A stretch of DNA of 64,000 bases, from NCBI GenBank assembly GCA_964016885.1, contig OZ024743.1, positions 334,428,001 through 334,492,000 on the forward strand. Reading direction: 5' to 3'. This document shows positions 56,935-64,000 of the stretch, piece by piece. How positions within the stretch are numbered: position 1 is the stretch's first letter; the number at the start of each line of letters is the position of its first letter. This DNA comes from Eledone cirrhosa (taxonomy: Eukaryota). The notes under the pieces were generated by a model that was not told the DNA's origin, made no database searches, and saw only the letters and a list, made by a program, of their open reading frames with translations. The position numbers and the translations under genes are program-made.

Positions 56935-57470
56935 GTAATAATAGTAGTATTAGTATTAGTATTAGTTGTAGTTGTAGCAGCAGCAGGAGCAGCAATAGTA
57001 GTAATGGCAGAAATAGTAGTAATAGCAGTAGCAGCACCAGCAATAGTAGTAATGGCAGCAGTAGCAGCAGTAGTATTAGTATTAGTAGTAGTAGTAATAG
57101 TAATAGTAGTAGCAGTAGTAGTAGTGGTAGTAGTAGCAGTAGTAGTAGTAGTGGTAGTAGTAGTAGTTATAGTAGTAGTAGTAGTTGTTATAGTAGTAGT
57201 AGTTATAGTAGTAGTAGTAGTAATAGTAGTAGCAGCAGTAGTAGTTATAGTAGTAGTAGTAGCAGCAGTAGTAGTATAATGGTAGTAGTAGTTATAGTAG
57301 TTGCAGTAGTAGCAGTAGTAGTAGCAGGAGTAGTAGTAGTGGTGGTTGTTGTTGATAATGATGCAGCAGCAGTAGTAGTACCATTAGTAGTATTAGAATT
57401 ACTATTATTAGTAGTAGTAGTTGCAGTTGAAGTAGTAGTTATAGTAGTAGCAGTAGTTATAGTAGTAGTG
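56935..57470. repeat. Imperfect (TAG/CAG)n trinucleotide repeat
   Basis: Direct reading. Confidence 0.95.
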
Positions 57471-57950
57471 GATGGAATGGACCTCGGTGGGTTTCGACGA
57501 GGAGTATTCCAGTTGTTCGATCAATGGAACAGCCAGCTGATGAACATAAGGTGTAAGTGGCTGAGTATTCCAATGTGTGACAAAGGTACTGTAGTTCATC
57601 CGACAAGCTTCCAAACACTTTCAATCTGCCCAATTTCATTTACAAGCCATGGGTCGATCTGAGACCGTGGTAAATAATTGTTTCTACTTTTGGCACAAGG
57701 CCAGCAATTATCCCAGTGCATTACTGGTACTTTATTTTATTGACCCCGTAAGGATAAAAGGCAAAGTTAACCTCGGCGTGATTTGAACTCAGACCATAAA
57801 GGGCCATAACTCTATGCTGCAAATCATGGTGTCCGACCCTGTACCGATACTGCCAATCCACCGACCGTGGTAGATAATACTTGCCAAAGATGCCACACAT
57901 GGGGTTGAACACAGGACCTAATGATTGCGAAGTGAATTTCTTAACAATCT
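57470..57950 (-). mobile_element. CORE-type SINE interrupted by a Meta-like SINE (57673-57862)
   Basis: TSD GACCGTGGTA at 57663-57672 and 57863-57872. Confidence 0.8.
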
Positions 57951-58380
57951 CACTGTTGGAGGACTTTTTGTGATCCACTGTTGTTCAACTTGTGGTTCAC
58001 GGTGTAAATCTGTATGAAGACGTGAAATTTGTTTGTGTTTCAAATAGCTGATATCAGTGTCTCAGCATGGTGACAAGCCAATTGACGAAACCAATTGTTA
58101 AAAGTGTGCAAAACTCGCATTGACGTGTCTATTTAGATCTGGAAAAAATGTCCAAGAGCAAGAACTCTCTGACAAGATTAAACGGCAGTATAGTTTCATG
58201 TAATTTCTCTTCTTTTAATGCACCCGAGACATGCAGGAAAACCACAGTTTCAATTTTAATTTCTGCTATTGTAAAATATGCAACTGTCATGTCCAGCTAT
58301 GTCCAGATTTAATATTTTTAAATTCTTCTTCATACACTCGCAGGATTTCATCCTCGGTGGCCACACTAAGCAGTCGTAAC

Positions 58381-58559
58381 ACGAGGGGTTGCTGAAAAGT
58401 TTCTGGCTTGATCGCTGCTACAGAGGAGTTCTTTTAACGGAAGGACTACTGCAATATGCGTGTGAATCTGCGAGGGGAATATGATGAATAAAATCATAAT
58501 TAACTGATCTTCCTGTATTTTCTTTTATCCAATTCCGGGAAGGCCCCTACCCCTTCGTA
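58381..58559. mobile_element. Mariner-like MITE, decayed
   Basis: Left ACGAGGGGTTGCTGAAAAGTT, right ...CCCCTTCGTA. Confidence 0.5.
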
Positions 58560-59187
58560 CGTCAATGTCCCATGGCTTGCAAGGGTTACATGAACTACAC
58601 ATAGTCTTTAGTTTAATATTTTAACTGCTACTGTTGCTGTTCAACCGCGAGTTAGACCAGAACTATCATCAAAATCAACCCCATATTTCTATCAGGAATA
58701 GTATGCTACAGTCTACATTATTCAATGTATCCTTTTTCAAAAACCGTTGGATGTGGTATGCGGACGATTTAACTGCTGTTTCTAGTGGTCGAATGATACC
58801 ATATAGATTTCTTAGTTGTTTCATGTCATTATTGCGGGTGTAAAGTGATACCACACTTCAAGTAGCGAGAGTTTGTGTCATTTCTAGAAATCAATATTTT
58901 TCCTGATCTTGACAGGTGAACAAATTAAACATTAATCATTATTCTTGGGTACTGACACCACCCGACACTGTACCGAAACAAAACTTTAAATACAAATGTT
59001 TGCCAAGTAACCTACAAGGATTTCAACTTACCACAATTAACTTCATCCCATTTCGACATAAGGCAGTCAATTTCTCCGTTGCATACCTGCTTCTTTGTAA
59101 TGCAGTAATCATTCCGGCATTTAAACTGGTCCGGCTGGCACGTCGCTTTTTCTACAAATAGAAACAAGAAACGAAATTGATACAGAA

Positions 59188-59252
<65 letters not shown>

Positions 59253-59479
59253 CGCCAGATCTCTATCCAAACAAAAAGGGTACTTGTATACAGACGAATC
59301 TCCTATCTCGTAAATCGAAGCCTTAATTTAAAGTTGAAATAGAGCCAGGTTACGTTTTTCTTACTGCCCCAAACATATCCCCACTCTCAATTCTCCGTCG
59401 TTTTCCTCTATTTTTACATTTCACACTATTTTTACATTTCACACCTGTATTGCATGCATGGTCCCATAATTCGCGAGGG

Positions 59480-59775
59480 TGTCGTAAAGGCACCATATTG
59501 ACCTACGGCGTTTCAAGGGCATTTTTAAACCTGGTGGAGCCCATCTCCTCTCCACGTCTGAATATATCAGATTTCTTCTAGAGAAGGATAAAGAGTGAGA
59601 GAATGGAAGTGGCAAAGAGATATAGAGGAAGAATCGACCCCAGTACTAGACTGGTACTTTATATTGACCTCAAATGGATGAAAGGCAAAGTTGATCGCGG
59701 CAGGATTTGAATTAAAAGAGCACAGGAACCGAAACGAACACCACAAAAAGCAATCTATTCGTCAATTCGCTGCTT
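59480..59775 (-). mobile_element. Meta-like SINE, long-tail subfamily
   Basis: Reverse homolog of 68-350. Confidence 0.7.
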
Positions 59776-59974
59776 TATATCTGTTTTATGCTAATTTAAA
59801 AATTACTTCTAATATTTTTCAATGCTATTTATTAGTTTTAATCTGTATGTCCAATATTTATATTTAATATTTATCTTCAATCTATTTATAGTGTGCCTTT
59901 TTCATTATGCTTGCCAATGTTATTTCGTAAAATACATGTAATTGACAATGATACCAGACATTTGCAATGATTTT

Positions 59975-60280
59975 CGGACAGGTTGCTGCGTTGTGATCTT
60001 GAGCAAAACACTTCATTTCATGTTGCTCCAGTACATTCAACTGAGAGTCCAGTTACCATATCCTTGGCTACACCCAAGCTCTGTTAATTTAATTAATTAG
60101 ACGGAACCTTCTTGAAAGCCCATCGCATGTATTGTACCTGTAATTCAAATGGCCAGCGTTGTCCCACACCGTGTCACGTTGAAACTCCCTGAGAATTTCG
60201 TTAGATTACCAGCCATTTGCATTCTAATTTCGTGAGCAAATTGTTCCAATGATCAAATCACTGGAACACAACACTACGAA
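59975..60280 (+). mobile_element. CORE-type SINE, diverged
   Basis: GCGTTGTGATCTTGAGCAAAACACTT...GTACCTGTAATTCAAA.GGCCAG. Confidence 0.65.
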
Positions 60281-60451
60281 CCATTCCAAAGTATGTGAAG
60301 TAAGGTTAATTTTGTTGAGCTCATCATGTTGGTTGATACAAGCAATGACTATTCATCCAACTCACCAATTACCCAGTCATTTTCACTGACTAATACATCT
60401 TTTTGGAGCTGGTGGGTATATGAGGGGTCCTCTTTCGACTATGTGGTAGAC

Positions 60452-60601
60452 CAGTCATGGGAAATGGCAACCCGCGACCCGCAGCGGTCCATTTCTCTTT
60501 CTGAATGGCACGCCTAATTAAAAAATTGCCCTGGAATGTTTAAGTAGTGCGGCCCGCCTTGTGATGAGGCCCACTGCATGAAGAAAGATTGCCCATGCCT
60601 C
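60452..60601. mobile_element. hAT (Charlie-like) MITE with 8-bp TSD
   Basis: TIRs CAGTCATGGG / TTGCCCATGCCTC. TGGTAGAC at 60444-60451 and 60602-60609. Confidence 0.82.
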
Positions 60602-61268
60602 TGGTAGACATACATAGATGGGCAAACTTAGTCATCTAAAGGGAAAGCTTTTTATAGGCAACAAAGTCATGATATCTAGACTGCTTGTCTGCTACTTTAT
60701 TGACTGTGTCATTTGTGCACCCATGTGGAATAGTTATCAATATATAAATTACAAAGAAATATGAGCTCAGTAATTCAAGCTTAAACTACAAATTAATATT
60801 CTTTAAAATCTAACAGTAATTACCAAAATTTCAGGAATGTAATGCAAAATAATCAATATAATCAATAAATTTCTCCAATTTTCAATAAAATCGTTCGAAA
60901 ATATATTGAAACCTTAAGAGTAACTATAACATATATATAACATTTCATATGGTCCATTCTATAGTTTAATGAATTGCATTAAAATTAGACGTGGATAGCA
61001 ACTCAATGGAACAATGGTTCGTGTTAATGAAGTAGGTTTTCCAACGTATGTAAACGAATTCTCCCAAAAGAGAAAGTTTTATGTACTTACATAAATATAT
61101 ATATTTACATATATATATATAAATGAAATACTGTATTCATTAATAAATACTCGTACACACAAGCACATACATACACGAACATACACACACACGCACACAC
61201 ACACAAATAAATATTTCCCAATATATAATCGTAGATATATATTCAAACATATACAAATAAATATAATA

Positions 61269-61318
<50 letters not shown>

Positions 61319-61357
61319 TAAGTTTATCCCGGGTTCAATCGGGGGTTACCACAGTGA

Positions 61358-61392
<35 letters not shown>

Positions 61393-61588
61393 ATTTATGA
61401 GGACGGCATGTATATGTGAAGGTATGTATATTTCCTCTGATAATTTGTAATATTTTTACATAGATCTTAAACATGATATACATACCAACACACATATACA
61501 TCCCAGAAACGATCGTAAAATGATGAATTTTTTAATATAAGGAACTTGTTCTTTGTTTTTATTTCATTGTTTTTATTAATTAATATTG

Positions 61589-61645
<57 letters not shown>

Positions 61646-61685
61646 ATATTAACAAATGGAAACTATATTTATGAAACCATATTTA

Positions 61686-61747
61686 TTTCATTATACATAT
61701 TTCAAGGGCCAGCAAAGAAGATTATGGTGCGCTTTCATCAGATAAAA
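61686..61747 (-). ncRNA. Type I hammerhead motif (family I) in a small island within (TA)n
   Basis: UUUUAU-CUGAUGA-AAG...CUU-GAA-AUAUGUAU-A-AUGAAA. Stem II is weak. Confidence 0.55.
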
Positions 61748-61804
61748 TATAATATATAGATTAGTTTTATAAATAAATATTGACATACCCTGAAAAAATG
61801 CAAC

Positions 61805-61846
<42 letters not shown>

Positions 61847-61971
61847 ATATATATATATACACACACATATGTGTGTATTTATGTGTTAAACGTGTTAAGG
61901 TTTCCGTGCGAAAAATAGCACTGATTATTGAATTATTTTAATTCTTTCGGTCATTGAGCAATATATATATT

Positions 61972-62193
61972 GTTATACTTTGGGAGGGTCATGCTGTCAA
62001 TAAAAACACACGCACCTGTTGTTTTCACTTCAATTTATTAAAAATTTCCAGTTTGTGTGTTCGATAACCGGATGGTTGTTTATATATTGTCAACGCCCTT
62101 TCATCACACATTCTATGACCACCTCAGTGACTGATTTCTTATTTTATGTCTCTCCTTTGTTCCATCATAAACCATCTTGTTTTTTATGTTTTG

Positions 62194-62195
<2 letters not shown>
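61972..62195 (-). mobile_element. Solo PLE pLTR (family E), degenerate
   Basis: Homologous to 45594-45830. Confidence 0.8.
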
Positions 62196-62255
<60 letters not shown>

Positions 62256-62395
62256 CAGTATATGTTTGTAATATATATATATGAAATCCATTGGGTCCGG
62301 GACAAAACTACGTTCAACTTCTCTATTACAAATATACATTTTGTTAGCACTCTGAGAATGGTTGGCTCGCGTAAACGTTCAAACTACAGCCTCGG

Positions 62396-62439
<44 letters not shown>

Positions 62440-62727
62440 GACTCACAGACACACATATACACGGGCTTTGAGACACACAGACACACAGACTCACACACTG
62501 ATAGACACACATATACACGGGTTCACAGACCCACAAACACACAGACCCACACACACACATATACATGGGCTCAGAAAACTCACAGACTCATATTCAGAGA
62601 CATATACGCGGTAGAATACTCATGTCGATGTATACACAGAAACATGTATGAGTGGATTTATGCGTACGTTTGAAATTTCATAAAGAGTTGGGTAGCAGCA
62701 ATTTATTCCATCTGCACACATATATAT

Positions 62728-62762
<35 letters not shown>

Positions 62763-62781
62763 CGTATCTCTCTCTTATTCA

Positions 62782-62824
<43 letters not shown>

Positions 62825-62865
62825 ACAAAGAGGGTGTGGTAAGATACCAGGTGGAACATAACGCA

Positions 62866-62911
<46 letters not shown>

Positions 62912-63045
62912 CTCTTATATATTGATTGCCAGATAAATTTAACTACGGAGATATAAAAGATACAGAAGCGAAAACCAACCAAACAGTGAGTGTGTTCTGT
63001 TATTATTTCTGGCAATATTATTACAACAATATTACAACAGCAATA
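62912..63045 (+). mobile_element. PLE pLTR fragment (family D)
   Basis: GATATAAAAGA.ACAGAAGCGAAAACCAACCAAACAGTGAGTGTGTTCTG matches 36079-36140. Confidence 0.8.
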
Positions 63046-63046
63046 T

Positions 63047-63098
<52 letters not shown>

Positions 63099-64000
63099 TG
63101 CTCCCTCGTCATCGAGTATGGCCATTGCATGATATACCATTATTCATAATTATTAATTAATTCTATCGTGCAATGCCTGTGCGTGCCGAATATTTTTAAA
63201 GTGAGGAAAGACTGTGCACTGAGCCAATCCCACTCTCTGAGTGACAGTAGCTATAACCCGAAAAGAAGAAAAGATCAGCATCATCGGTAACTACTGAGAC
63301 ACAGGTTTTATAACGGAGTTATCCTAGAAGAATGCCTTGACAAAGGCTAGGGGTCCTTCACTCCCAATTGTTTAACCGCGCGATCGTGTGTCCAGCCCGA
63401 CAATTTCTAGGTCCCCGCGTATATACATACACATGCACCCATGTCTATACACATATATATATACACACATGTGTACATGTGCATATACATATTTACAGAC
63501 TTTCGGATGGCCGTTGACCCTTATGGGTTCTTCCGCCTTTGTCAGGTTTTGTATTTTGTCCTGCAGTGTGTCCAAAATCACCCTCCTCACCAAGTAAACT
63601 TGGTGGGGTTGCCGGTTTAGCCGACGACGACCCGACCATGCGACAGGTTGTACTGGGTTACATGTTACCAGTAGCACTCAACAGTGACCGAACACATACA
63701 TACATACATACATACATACATGGTAGCTGCCAACTCGTTTTTGAGTACGGCCACTACTTTATATCCATGTAGGAGAACCCCTACCGATGCGCTGAACGAG
63801 TGTGACCGTTTAGTCCAGCCAGCGACTTGAAAACTCTGGTACAAACACTACACTTGCGACAATTATTGACACTTAGTGCTGGGCCCATGGTACCATTTGA
63901 CGACAAGTGTAGAGAGATCTCCAGATATAAAGCAATGCCTGTGCCGTGAAGCTTTTATAGTGAGCAAAGGCACTGCACAAAGCCAGTCCCACTCTCTTAA

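Noticed and set aside
56925-57662. Ser-rich then Val-rich membrane-protein-like ORF
   Set aside because: It is a trinucleotide repeat running into a SINE.

Overview
AT-rich, microsatellite-saturated animal DNA with no host exon I can support. The SINE content suggests a coleoid cephalopod, probably an octopus (inference). The window is almost entirely decayed retroelements and other repeats. It holds two tRNA-headed SINE superfamilies in many copies, several RTE fragments (two showing inversion with 11-bp target duplications), a decayed R4/Dong-type RLE element, two CR1/L2-group LINEs and a few hAT/mariner MITEs. Between about 29 and 52 kb there is a dense cluster of Penelope-like element (PLE) copies and their pseudo-LTRs inserted in (TA)n tracts. 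The most striking signal is a set of about nine sequence-unrelated hammerhead-ribozyme families read by eye from the DNA. Many sit in long fold-back palindromes that put one ribozyme on each strand. One has a roughly 95-nt branched stem II with a compensatory change between its two copies, and two fold-backs have their apex at stem II. Most ORFs in the supplied track are microsatellite artefacts. All structures were folded by eye; no searches were run.
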